Origin: Malassezia furfur | Lineage: Eukaryota | Reading direction: 5' to 3' (one strand) | Assembly (NCBI GenBank): GCA_052055015.1 | Contig: JBQJIT010000011.1 | Length of the DNA: 64,000 bases | Part shown: one piece after another, positions 9,782 through 20,193 of the stretch | How the letters are laid out: every line of letters begins with the position of its first letter | Position numbering within the stretch: position 1 is the first letter of the stretch | Notes under the pieces: generated by a model | What the model was told of the DNA's origin: nothing | Databases searched by the model: none | Seen by the model: only the letters and a program-made list of their open reading frames with translations | Program-made: the position numbers and the translations under genes

Positions 9782-12700
9782 ATGAACGCGTACCCCGCGG
9801 AGCTCGTTGTTCATCTGCACCCCCTTGTGCTGGTGACGGGCATCACGCGCGACAAAGAGGGCGCGCCCCGCACCGCCAAAGCGTATGCACTCCCCACGCC
9901 CCTCGACACCTTCCCGGAGGTGTGCGCCGCACTCGCCGAGGCCCTCGCACAGCGCGGCAAGACACGCGTGTGGTCGCCGCCGTCCGGTGTGCCACACATC
10001 CACTTTGTATTGAGCGGATATGCATACGGGTACCCCCCGGCAAAGTCGCGCGCGTCCGCTCGCATCGCCTCCGACGTCGGCCGCCGTGCCGTCGCATCGC
10101 TGCCGCCACGCTCGCCGTTGTCACCGCTACAGGTTGGCGGGCCGCTGTTCCCTGACGGAATCCTTGCGCCCGCTTGGATCCGCAAGCACTCCGAGTACGT
10201 GCCGAGCACACACGTCGTGTTCTACACTTTGCCAGCCGCGACGCTCGCCGACGACGCGGCGCTGATCGAGGCCATTGGTGAGACGCGAGCGATGGATGCG
10301 CCGCGTGGGATTCGCACGGTCGCCGTGCTTATGGGCGACCGCGCGGCGCTCGCACGCGCCGACACAGATGCCCGCATCGCGCACCTGCGCCGCGCCACGC
10401 GCCTCGAGCAGCGCGGCTCTTTGCTGGTGCTGCCGACCGATGCCGCCGACGTCGATGCATTTGTACGGCACCTTGAGCGCGCATTGTACGATGGTGCCGT
10501 CGAGTATTACCGCGAGCGTGCGCGCCATGTGCGCCGCAACCGCGCGCGGTATCCGCCGCCGCCATCGATCGCCCAGCCTATCTTGGCCGCGGCGAGCGCT
10601 GCGGGCGTCCTTCGACCGGGCCCCGTCGCGATGCTCGCACCCGAGGGATGGACGGTGCGTACGGCCGCCAAGCTTGGCACGTTTGCTGAGCTGCAAGGCG
10701 ATCTTGCCGAGGCGCTCGCCCAGTACGCCGAAGCGTACCACCACCTCGTGCACGCATGTCTCGGCAACACCAAACTTCTCGCACCGCGCACGAAGAGGTG
10801 GGCCGAGGCCAAGGTGCTCGCGGATACCCTTGCGCTGAAGCTCGTCAAGCTTCACCTGTACCGCCGCGCAGCGCCGGCGGCGATGCTCCAGTATGTACAG
10901 CACACGCGGCGCATTGCGGAGCTCAGTACCGGGTGGGGCATCGGCACATCGACGTACGAGTTTTGGAGCTGGCTCGCAAAACAGTTTCAGCTACTTGGCG
11001 ATCTGCTGCAGTACGCACTGCACCCCTCGGACCCGGCGCGGGCCTTGGTGCTGCCGCCCGGCGCGCCAGAGGACACCCCGTCGTACACCGCCGCCGCAGC
11101 CTTCCTCGCGCTGCCGGGCACACACTATTACCACGCCGCGCTCTGCACAAACGAACGGGCGGTACGCTTCCGTGGCGTGCAAAACGCCGCCGAGCTGCCC
11201 AACTACCCGGCCGAGGCCAAGGTCGATCATGTTGCCCTTGCTGTTGAGCTATTTACCTCCGCCTACGACGCGTACCGGAATGTGCACCACACGCGCCACG
11301 CACATCTGGCCGCGGCGCGCATCGCCCTAACCTATGTTGCCGCACAGCAGTACAAAGAGGCATTGCCGTACCTTGAACGTGCCCTGCGCTGGTACCGCCG
11401 CGATGCGTGGCAGGTACCGCGCTTCCTCCTGGTGGCAAACGCTGCGCAGTGTGCGCATGCGATTGGCGATGACCGTGCGGCGGTCGTGTACGTCGTCGAA
11501 CTGCTCCAGCCGGTGCCCAAGGAAGTGCAGCAGGTGCAGCAGCAGTGCCTGGACGCGTTGGGGTGGTTGCTGGAACCCGACGGGGGTGCGCATGCGCAGA
11601 GTACGGCGCAAAACGTGGCAAGGGAGGCCGAGCGTGGCGCTGACGCTTCTGTGCCAGAAGCCGAGCGCGCACACCTTCCGCCGGACGAGGACGCCGCACC
11701 AGAGCGTACGGCTCCCATTGACGCGCCCCACGACGGCGCTAGCACTCCTGACGCATCCACTGCTCTTGCGATCGAGCTGGGCTGTGCGGCGTTTGCGCGT
11801 GTCTCGGCAGCGTTCGTGCGGCGCCGTGTCAACGACACCGACGAGGCGTCGTTCCAGCTCGTGTTGGCTCCAGCCCCGCTGCATGTCCGCCTCCACTTCG
11901 CGGCCCTGCGAATCTTCCTGGAAGGCCGCGTCGCGCCGCTGGTGTCGGTGCGTTTCGCCGACGATGCGCCGTCCACCGTCGACATCGGGATCGTCGCACC
12001 GGATGCGACGGCCGAGGTCACGGCCTCGCGCTCGGCACACATGCTGGTCATTAGCGGCGCATTGCGCGCGCCGTCCGGCGAGTACAAGTTCGCCAATGCC
12101 CTGTGCACGATTGATACGTGCGTGGCACAGATCGATGCGGCGCTCCCCATTACCGCGGCGTCCCACTGGCTCGTTTCCGCACGCGGGACGTTCCAGCGCT
12201 TTGCCCTGCCGCCGAGTGCCGAGCGCCGCCAAGTCGTCGTCGAGGCCCCAGCACCCGTCGTATCGCTCGGCGCGCCCGACACCCTCCTCGCCGGCGAGAC
12301 GGTGGCCGTGGAAGTCGAGATCGGCGCTCCGCTCGTGCGCGGCGTGCTGGTGCTCCCGCCGGACATGGTCGAGGCGGGCGCCAGCGTCCAGTCCAGGGCC
12401 CCGGGGAGCGACGACGTTGGCGCCGCCGTGGACCGCGCGACGGTTCCTCAGGGGACGTCGACCGTCTATCTCCGTGCGCCGCAGGCGCAGGGCACGCTGT
12501 ATACGCGCCTGTATGGTGTTGCAAGCGACGTGCCCGACGCCCCGCCCGTGACGCACACCGACGCACCCATTGCTGTGTCGGCCGCTTTTAGTGCGCGCGT
12601 CTCGACGCAGTGGACGCCGAGTGCTGTGCCGCGCACAGGCCGCCTGATGGCCGAGGTCACGTACCTCGGCACAGCACCAATCCTGGTAGACCGCGCATAC

Positions 12701-13255
12701 GTCGACGTGGACGATGCCGAGTGTGTGCGCGTGAGCGAGGCACTCGGCGCCGCACAGGGGGAGACGTGGCAGACGAACGACCGTGCGGTGTGGGCGTACG
12801 CACTCACCGAGACGTCAGGCACGCCGGGTAGCCTTGCTCGCCTCGTGCTCACCTGGCGCCGGCCCGAAACGCCCGAAATCGTCAGCAAAACGCAGCTGGG
12901 TCTGCCGTCGCTGGCCCCGCCGCCACCGCCGCCGGTGCAGGTGCAGCTGCGTGCGCCGGGGCGTGCGGCCGTGAACGAGCCGATGACCATGCACGTCGTC
13001 GTCGCCAACACGAGCACCGCACCGCTCGACCTCCTCATCGAAGTCGACCAGACCGACGCCTTTTTCCTCGCCGGTTGGCGGCGGCACCAGGTGGCGATGC
13101 TGCTCCCCGGCGAGCAGCGCACGCTGTCGATCCTGCTGGTTGCGCGCGCCATGGGTCTGCATATGCTACCGAAAATACGGGCGTTCGAGGTGGCACCCGA
13201 GCGCGAGCCCGTGTCGCTCGGCGTGCCACCGTCGGGCGTCGTCCAGGTGGTGTAG
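9782..13255 (+). CDS. TRAPPC11: TRAPP complex subunit 11 (Foie gras/Gryzun family)
   Basis: Start MNAYPAELVVHLHPLV at 9782. Family motifs SPLSPL..GGPLFPDGIL.PAWIRKH, EYYRE..RHVRR, FWSWLAKQF, YRRDAW. C-terminal Ig-like Gryzun segment (AFFLAG...MLLPGEQR...GLHMLPKI). Confidence 0.88.
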   Translation: MNAYPAELVVHLHPLVLVTGITRDKEGAPRTAKAYALPTPLDTFPEVCAALAEALAQRGKTRVWSPPSGVPHIHFVLSGYAYGYPPAKSRASARIASDVGRRAVASLPPRSPLSPLQVGGPLFPDGILAPAWIRKHSEYVPSTHVVFYTLPAATLADDAALIEAIGETRAMDAPRGIRTVAVLMGDRAALARADTDARIAHLRRATRLEQRGSLLVLPTDAADVDAFVRHLERALYDGAVEYYRERARHVRRNRARYPPPPSIAQPILAAASAAGVLRPGPVAMLAPEGWTVRTAAKLGTFAELQGDLAEALAQYAEAYHHLVHACLGNTKLLAPRTKRWAEAKVLADTLALKLVKLHLYRRAAPAAMLQYVQHTRRIAELSTGWGIGTSTYEFWSWLAKQFQLLGDLLQYALHPSDPARALVLPPGAPEDTPSYTAAAAFLALPGTHYYHAALCTNERAVRFRGVQNAAELPNYPAEAKVDHVALAVELFTSAYDAYRNVHHTRHAHLAAARIALTYVAAQQYKEALPYLERALRWYRRDAWQVPRFLLVANAAQCAHAIGDDRAAVVYVVELLQPVPKEVQQVQQQCLDALGWLLEPDGGAHAQSTAQNVAREAERGADASVPEAERAHLPPDEDAAPERTAPIDAPHDGASTPDASTALAIELGCAAFARVSAAFVRRRVNDTDEASFQLVLAPAPLHVRLHFAALRIFLEGRVAPLVSVRFADDAPSTVDIGIVAPDATAEVTASRSAHMLVISGALRAPSGEYKFANALCTIDTCVAQIDAALPITAASHWLVSARGTFQRFALPPSAERRQVVVEAPAPVVSLGAPDTLLAGETVAVEVEIGAPLVRGVLVLPPDMVEAGASVQSRAPGSDDVGAAVDRATVPQGTSTVYLRAPQAQGTLYTRLYGVASDVPDAPPVTHTDAPIAVSAAFSARVSTQWTPSAVPRTGRLMAEVTYLGTAPILVDRAYVDVDDAECVRVSEALGAAQGETWQTNDRAVWAYALTETSGTPGSLARLVLTWRRPETPEIVSKTQLGLPSLAPPPPPPVQVQLRAPGRAAVNEPMTMHVVVANTSTAPLDLLIEVDQTDAFFLAGWRRHQVAMLLPGEQRTLSILLVARAMGLHMLPKIRAFEVAPEREPVSLGVPPSGVVQVV

Positions 13256-13261
13256 ATAGAC

Positions 13262-16200
13262 CTAGTCGAGTCCGTCTTGCGTCACGAGTGCAATCATCGC
13301 GCGTACCACCTGCTGGTTCGCGGGCGTGTACAGCGCGTGAGCGTCCTCGACACCCTGCTCGAGCGTCAGGCTGAGCAGCTGGCGCAGCTGGCGGCACAGA
13401 ATGCCGATCCGTGCACTCGCTTTCATCTTGATCCACGCTTCGGGGCCGGCGTTGCCGGACGTGGCGATCGTCAGGCCGCCGTGCTCGTGATCGACGTAGA
13501 GCGCGCCGCCAAACAACAGCAAGCCATACAGGGGCGCTTCGGTTGCATCGCGCAGATAGGTGCGATGCGTCGTGTCGTTGGCGCTCTTCCGACACACCGC
13601 GACGTAGTTCGACTTGAACTGAGTCGCGTGGAACAACATCGAGCTGGGGTGCAGGAAAACGCGACCGTCGTGCTCGTCGATGTAGTGCACTTCGCGCGCA
13701 ACGGCCTCTTTGCGTACCGCGCCCGACGACGACGCATTGTACTTGGCCGCAGGCTGGTCGACGCGCACCACCGACGGCCACAGCGATGCAACAAGCAGCG
13801 CGCGTAGCAGGTTCGTGTTGGTACTCTGCGTGTCGAGCATGTGCGTGCAATTTGCCTTGGGCCACTGCGCCCCCTCGGCGCGCCACGCCTGTACATAGGC
13901 ACGATCCACAATGCCCAGCTCCTCGAGACTGCGCAGAATGGTCGTGCGCGTCATGTCGACGTCTTGCAGTGCCGCAAAAGACAAACCGTGCTGGGTGAGT
14001 GACGCAACGTACCGTCTCGCACCACGCCTTGACTTCACGCAGCGGCTGTCGGTCGCGGCGCATGCCCAGGTACGTAGCATACAGGTGCGCATCCGTCAGC
14101 AGATCACTGTTGCCCAGTACATAAGCGGCGCGTGCCTTCGCCGCCTCCTCGTCGCGCTGTGCGGCGGCCGCGACAATCGAGCGGCTGGCCAGCAGCGCGA
14201 CAATGTGCAGCAGCGGCTCCATGCATCCAAACAGGCTGCCGAGTACCAGCATCTTGCCTTCGCGAACATCGAGCGGAAGATTGGCCTGCGGTGAGTCACG
14301 GAACGTACCAAGTGCTGTCCCAGCGGCGTGAGCGGCGCCGCGTACCCTTCGCCGTCCTGAATCGCGCCAGCCAGGACGAGCTTGCGGTGCGTCGCCGCCA
14401 GGGCATCCATCGAGGGCGGATCGATGGCGCGCTCCAAGAATGCCTGCACGTCGCCGTGTGGCTGAATCGACTTTACCTGCAGCACCACGCCCTCGAGGGG
14501 CGTGCGCTGCATCTCGGGTACCGATTGCGCCGCCTGCACATGCTTTTCCACGCCGCGGGAGTACAGTTTGAAACACTCGCCGGCCATGGTACGACCCGCG
14601 CGACCCGCACGCTGCTTGCACGCCGCACGCGACGCCCATGTCTCCTGCAGACGCGTGACACCGGCCATAGCGTCGTACTGCGCCTCGCGCACGCGGCCCG
14701 TGTCGACCACATAGCAAATTTCGGGGATGGTAATCGACGTCTCGGCCACGTTGGTCGACACAACAATCTTGCGCTGGTTGCGCGCGACCGGTTGGAAGAC
14801 GCGCCGCTGCTCGCTTGGCGCCAGGTTGGCATGCAGCGGAAGAATTACGGCGCCGTCCAGCTGCAGCGACGCAATCGCATCCATCGCGCGACGGATTTCA
14901 CCCACACCGGGGCAGAACACCAGAATCGCGGCGCGGCCATGGAGTGTACCCGTAAAGTCGACCTTTTCGGCGCGTTGCGCGGCCAGTGCCACGGTGCGGG
15001 CGAGGAATTCGTAGTCGATGCGCGATGACGACACCAGCTGCCGCACACTTGGCACGAGCGCCTCTGGGATGCTGGTCGCGTCAAACAACCGGTCGACCTT
15101 GTCGTTGGGCGTCGTGTGAGGCCGTGCGCTTTGGAAGTTGGACAGGCACACAACGTCCTCGAGATAGTGCTCTTGCACAGGGAAGGTGCGCCCGGGAATG
15201 AACATGTACGGTGCGCCGCCAAAGTATTCGATAAACGTCTCGGGGTTGATCGTCGCACTCATCAGCACGACACGCAGCTTGGGGTTCTTTTTGAGCACAT
15301 CACGCAGTAGCAACAGCAAAAAGTCTGAGTCGGTACTCCGCTCGTGTACCTCGTCAACAATCACATGTGATACGCTCTCCAGCGCGGGATCGCTGCCTGT
15401 TGCAAGACGACGAAGCAGCACACCGGTTGTCGAAAAGAGGATCCTGCAGGCAGACGACGCACGCCGCTCACCGCGGATCGCGTAACCGACATTCGCACCC
15501 GCTTCGACATCACGGTCCAGTGACTCGCCACGCTCGGCGGCGACCCGCGCTGCAACCCCCATGGCTGACACACGCCGCGGCTGGGTCACGACAATGCTGC
15601 ATTCACTGCCCCGACCTTGCTCAATGGCGTCGTCCAGCAGGAATTGGGGTACCTGCGTCGTCTTACCGCAACCCGTCTCACCGGCAATGAGCACCACACG
15701 GCTCGAATGCACCGCATCGAGCAGCTTACGCCGTGCGGCATACGCAGGAAGTGACTCGCGGACCGGGCCGATGCTTTCTTGGTATTTGAGCGAGGCGTGC
15801 AGCGACGACAGACGCTCTTGCAGCGCCGCGTCCACTTCGGCATCGCGCTGCAAAGCACGCATGCGCCGCACAGTACTGGGCTTGCTCTTGCGCGTCGAAG
15901 GAGCTTGCGACGGCGCAGGGGTTGGCTCCGCAGTGGGACCCGGCGGTGATTCCACCAAGTACTCCATCACCTCGTCCAGGGCGGGTGGCTCGTGCAGCAT
16001 GTCGGGGAGTACAGTGCGCAGTTCTTCCCAGAGCGCAAACAGCACACCTTCGCCACTCTGGTGGATGGCATAGATTTCACTGGACTTCTCGGCATCAAAC
16101 AGGCATTGCATGGCATGCCGCGTCAGGGCCAGACGTAAAAAGGCGGGCAAGGTCGTGCCCGTGACATAGATTGAAGGCGGGGCCGAGCTGCCTGCAAGGT

Positions 16201-17644
16201 ACGACGATACGTCATGGTCAACAAATCGCAACACCACGGGCGCCCCATCGTGCTTGCCTAGTTCGAGCTCGTAGTCACTGGAGGTGATCCGCTCACGGTC
16301 GGGCAGAGGGCGCATTTCGTCCACGAGCGCCTCCAGCACCGTGCGCTCGTCCGCACGGCGCTGCACCGCATCGCTGCTAGCGTCGAGGATTTCCGCTTCC
16401 CAGGCAGGCGCATCGACCAACCGGCGTAGCAACACGTCCAAAGCTGCGCCCTCGCGCCGCGCCAAACTCCACTCGGGGCGCTTTGCTCGTACGTACGCCA
16501 GGGCCTCGGCGGCGGCGCGCTGCGGAAAGCCAGCTTGGCGAACCAGTTTCTCAAGCGTCCAGCGATCCACGAGGCTGTCCTGATCGCCTCCCTTTGCTGC
16601 GCTGGTGACAAACGATTCAGCGGATGCAGAGGGCCGCAGAGCGGGGGGCAGATCCTGCTCGGGGGTATACAGAACAAGGTATTCAATAGCTGCCTCGCGG
16701 TCGGGCTGTGCGAGGATCGATGCCAACAGAGGATGCGCGCGGCGCAGGTTGGCCATCGCGGTCGTGTCCTGGGCCTTGGCGCGCGCCTCTTTCAACCAGG
16801 CGAGCACGCGACGAATGTAGCCCGGGCGCACGCCGAGTTTCGCCAGCTCACGCTCTAGCGCCACCGTGTCGAGCGGCGGTGTTTCCACAGAGACTTGGGA
16901 TACAGCCCCTGCAAGATCGTCGTCGCGGACCTCGTCCATGCGTGCGCGGATGGTCGCTTCCACAAGCTCGCGGAGTGCAGGCGACATGCGTACCTCCAAG
17001 GCACGCTGCCATGCCTTGCTCATGGGTCGCAGCGACGGGTCATTTCGCTGTGCCTCGCGGACCTCGCGCTCCTTTTTGCGTGCCTCGCGCTCGGCATCGC
17101 GTTTCTGGAGAGCGTCAAAGGGATCCGGCTCCCATTTCCAGCTGTCACTTGCAGGCGCTTCTGCTTTTACCTTTTCCAGATCAAGCCAGTACTCGCGAGG
17201 CCCAGGGGGAAGCATGCGATGCATACTCAAATGATTGTACAGGCGAAACAGGACGTAGGTAGCCGCCCAGTGCTTGGCCTCCAGCGCCGAGGCACACGAC
17301 AGTCGCGCCCCCTCCTCGGAAGGCTCCATCCGTAGGGTATGTGGGTTTGATTTGTCCTGCTTGTTCTCCTTTCGCAGGGTGATCACGCATGAATACCCGT
17401 TCTTGTGATGTCGAGGGCTCACTTCCGGCTTCTCGAAACCAGGCATTTTTTGGATCTTCTCGTACATCAGGTTCAGCGGCGTTTTCGAACCAGGGGGAAA
17501 GAGCTGCGCGGTTCCGTCTTCGCGCACGGCCGTCTTTGGGGGTGGCTTGGGTCCACCTCCCTTCACCCAGTCGGGTAGCGGTGCGGCCTTGGACGACGTC
17601 GCGCCGCTCGACTTGATTGCCGCGCTGCTCTTCTTACGCGCCAT
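13262..17644 (-). CDS. DEAH-box RNA helicase, YLR419W/DHX57-like (dsRBD-like N-terminus, RWD, helicase, HA2/OB)
   Basis: GETGCGKTTQ, DEVHER, MSAT, TNVAETSITI, QRAGRAGR. Introns 14286-14308 (23 nt) and 13991-14012 (22 nt) restore GQHL|ANLPLDVREGKML and AWCET|HGLSFAAL. Confidence 0.9.
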
Positions 17645-17674
17645 GGTGAATCGGGAGGATCGGGCTACTCCACA

Positions 17675-20164
17675 CTATGATTCCAGGTCGATACCAGTAC
17701 GAGTCTTCCACATGGCCTCTTTGAGCCGCATAATCTCGACCCAGAGGTTTTCTTCCCAGGTCAATGTAGCCTTGTCGGCAATAGGACGGAAGGAGCGACG
17801 AACTGTGCGGACACGTGCGGGAAGCGATGGTGGCGCGGTGGTGGGCCGGATGGGAAGGGGTGGCGGAGGCATTGCCGCGGCAGGTGATTTGGGCGAACCG
17901 GGCGACACCGACCGCACGGCATCCGCAGAGGACTTCCGTGTTCCAGCCGCAGTCTCGGAATCAGGCTCGTGCTCATGTTCGTCCGTAGGCACTTTGGGCA
18001 TAGTGGGGTCGTCGCCCTGGTCCGTCTTGGAAGGTGCCGTCGTCTCGAGGACGGCACCCTCGCCTGGCTCCTCCATTGTGGTCTCTTTGGCCTCATCAAA
18101 CTCATCTTCATCCTCGTCTTCCGTCGTGTCTCCCCCGCGATTCTTTTTCTTGTCTTCCTCCTCGGCGGGCTCCGCGCCACCCTCCGCTTTGGTCTCCCTG
18201 TCCTTGGAAGCCTGTGCTGCTTCCTCTGTCTGCTCCTTGCGGACCTCTTCCACCTCCTCTTGGATCTCGTGGGCCTCTTTGGCTCCTTGTACGCCTTCGT
18301 TCAGCGGGCCCACGGTTGGCGAGTCCGGCGCGATACGCGTGCCCCCAACGAGGTCGGGAGACGATTTGCCCTCCAGGACAATTGCCCGCTCCAGCGTTCG
18401 CACAAACATCCAGAAGCCATACACGGCACGAAGACGCTGGAGACAGTACTGCGTGCACACCAGGTACTTGTTCGAGCTGTCCGAAACACGGAAATAGTGA
18501 GTAGGAATCGGAAGCCGCGACGTATTCACCGCATTGGCCTCAAACGAGCTGCCACTGTCGTGCGCCTCATTGCCAGGCCGGTCGATGTGACTGACACTCC
18601 GGCGCAGTGACTGGAACAGCGACGGGAGCGAGCGGCGATGTTGCCCATCCTTGGTCGCACCCGTGTCGGCAGGTGCTGGATTCACGTGGGAGGTTAAGTT
18701 CACCAACGACAGGCCACACATCGCACAGGGTGTCGGCGGCAGGTGGCCGTATTCAGCCCGGATCTTGGCCTCGTCCTGGATGATGCCACCGGCAAAAATG
18801 GGCTCAATCACCAGCGAGCCGTCCAACATGGCACTCGATGCCTGACGACGCGAAAGCCAGTTGAGCCCTGGCGCATGATTGAAGCGCAGACACGGCTCCG
18901 TGTCTTCCTCTTGTGCCCGCCGAATAAACGGAAGCGAGGTTTGGTTGGAGAGTTGGACTAGCTGCTCCGCGGATGCAGGAAGGTGAGGGTAGTCCTTGTG
19001 TCGCACTGGCGTCGACTGGCCGGACAAGGCCGGGCTCACTACACCGCCGATGCCTCCGCCCATGCCCATTGACTGAGTAATTGAGGGATCGAGTGTCCAG
19101 TCCAGGCCTCGCTGGTGCAAGCGAACGTACGGGTCGAGCTGGTGTTGCAGCGAGCGGAGGTACCGGATAAAGGCAACAAACTCTTGGTACGGCTGGATTT
19201 GGACGGACAGTGTCCGGTCCAGTGGTGCATGTGGGGGCTCCACCCTGGCTGCAGACTCTTCTGGAGGCGCCTCCTCCGGTGTCCGCTTCTCGAGCTGAAG
19301 CTGGAGACTCTTCAACATCTCCTGCTGCTCTGCCAGCACGCGCTCCGTATCTAAGAGGCTTGTCTGCAGCTGAGCACTCTTCTCCTCTGCACGCGCGCGC
19401 TCTAGGCGCTCAACGGCGACCATCTTATTGGCTTCGTTGAATAACGAGGCACTCAGCTCTTCCAGCTCGGCCTCGATCCGAGTTTTGTCGCTTTCAGCCT
19501 TGCCGCGCTGTGCTGTCTCGTCCAGCACGCGGTCCATCATGCGCTGCATTTCAGCTGTGACGTGTGCCTTTTCGATCAGCAGCCCGGTATTTAGGGCAAA
19601 TAGATGCTGCTCGCGCTCCTTGTGCAGTTCGGCAATGTGGGTCGTGTGAGCAAGGATACGGTTGTGCGCGATCGACAATTCGTCCTCAAGGTCCGAGATG
19701 CGGTTGAACGACGTCACCAATTTTCCATTCAGACTTGTCACCTGGTTGCGCAAATCTCGCTCGCGCTCTTCCGGTGACAGCTGCTGCAGAAAATCGACGG
19801 GTTCCTCGCGCGAGCGCGAAACATCGTCGGTTGACGCAGTCATAGACTTGGGCTCAGTCGATGATTCTGGAGCAGTCTTCTGCGCATTGGCTGACAAGGC
19901 CTCAGCATCGGCCTTTTCAGCGCTCACCGAAGCCGCCTCATCCGTTTCGGCAGGAACGGACGGCACATCTTGCTCCTTCTCCGGATTTGTGGGGTCTTCG
20001 GAAGCTTGTTTAGAATCGACTTCGGCCTCCTTCGGCATAGGCTCTGATGCATCAGCAGGATCTAGCTCGTTTGTTTCCTCCTTGTTCACAGTTTCATCTT
20101 TCGTGTCTTGCTCTTGGGCTTTAGCATTGGACGCAGCTTTGCGCCCCTTACTGCCTCGCGCCAT
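17675..20164 (-). CDS. SEC2: Rab GEF Sec2
   Basis: Sec2 coiled-coil signature ELEELSASLFNEANKMVAVER; downstream EEDTEPCLRF..APGLNWLSRR and C-x2-C...C..YCLQRLR. Confidence 0.88.
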   Translation of the reverse strand: MARGSKGRKAASNAKAQEQDTKDETVNKEETNELDPADASEPMPKEAEVDSKQASEDPTNPEKEQDVPSVPAETDEAASVSAEKADAEALSANAQKTAPESSTEPKSMTASTDDVSRSREEPVDFLQQLSPEERERDLRNQVTSLNGKLVTSFNRISDLEDELSIAHNRILAHTTHIAELHKEREQHLFALNTGLLIEKAHVTAEMQRMMDRVLDETAQRGKAESDKTRIEAELEELSASLFNEANKMVAVERLERARAEEKSAQLQTSLLDTERVLAEQQEMLKSLQLQLEKRTPEEAPPEESAARVEPPHAPLDRTLSVQIQPYQEFVAFIRYLRSLQHQLDPYVRLHQRGLDWTLDPSITQSMGMGGGIGGVVSPALSGQSTPVRHKDYPHLPASAEQLVQLSNQTSLPFIRRAQEEDTEPCLRFNHAPGLNWLSRRQASSAMLDGSLVIEPIFAGGIIQDEAKIRAEYGHLPPTPCAMCGLSLVNLTSHVNPAPADTGATKDGQHRRSLPSLFQSLRRSVSHIDRPGNEAHDSGSSFEANAVNTSRLPIPTHYFRVSDSSNKYLVCTQYCLQRLRAVYGFWMFVRTLERAIVLEGKSSPDLVGGTRIAPDSPTVGPLNEGVQGAKEAHEIQEEVEEVRKEQTEEAAQASKDRETKAEGGAEPAEEEDKKKNRGGDTTEDEDEDEFDEAKETTMEEPGEGAVLETTAPSKTDQGDDPTMPKVPTDEHEHEPDSETAAGTRKSSADAVRSVSPGSPKSPAAAMPPPPLPIRPTTAPPSLPARVRTVRRSFRPIADKATLTWEENLWVEIMRLKEAMWKTRTGIDLES

Positions 20165-20193
20165 AACACACGGAGGTTGGGAGGATGGATTAG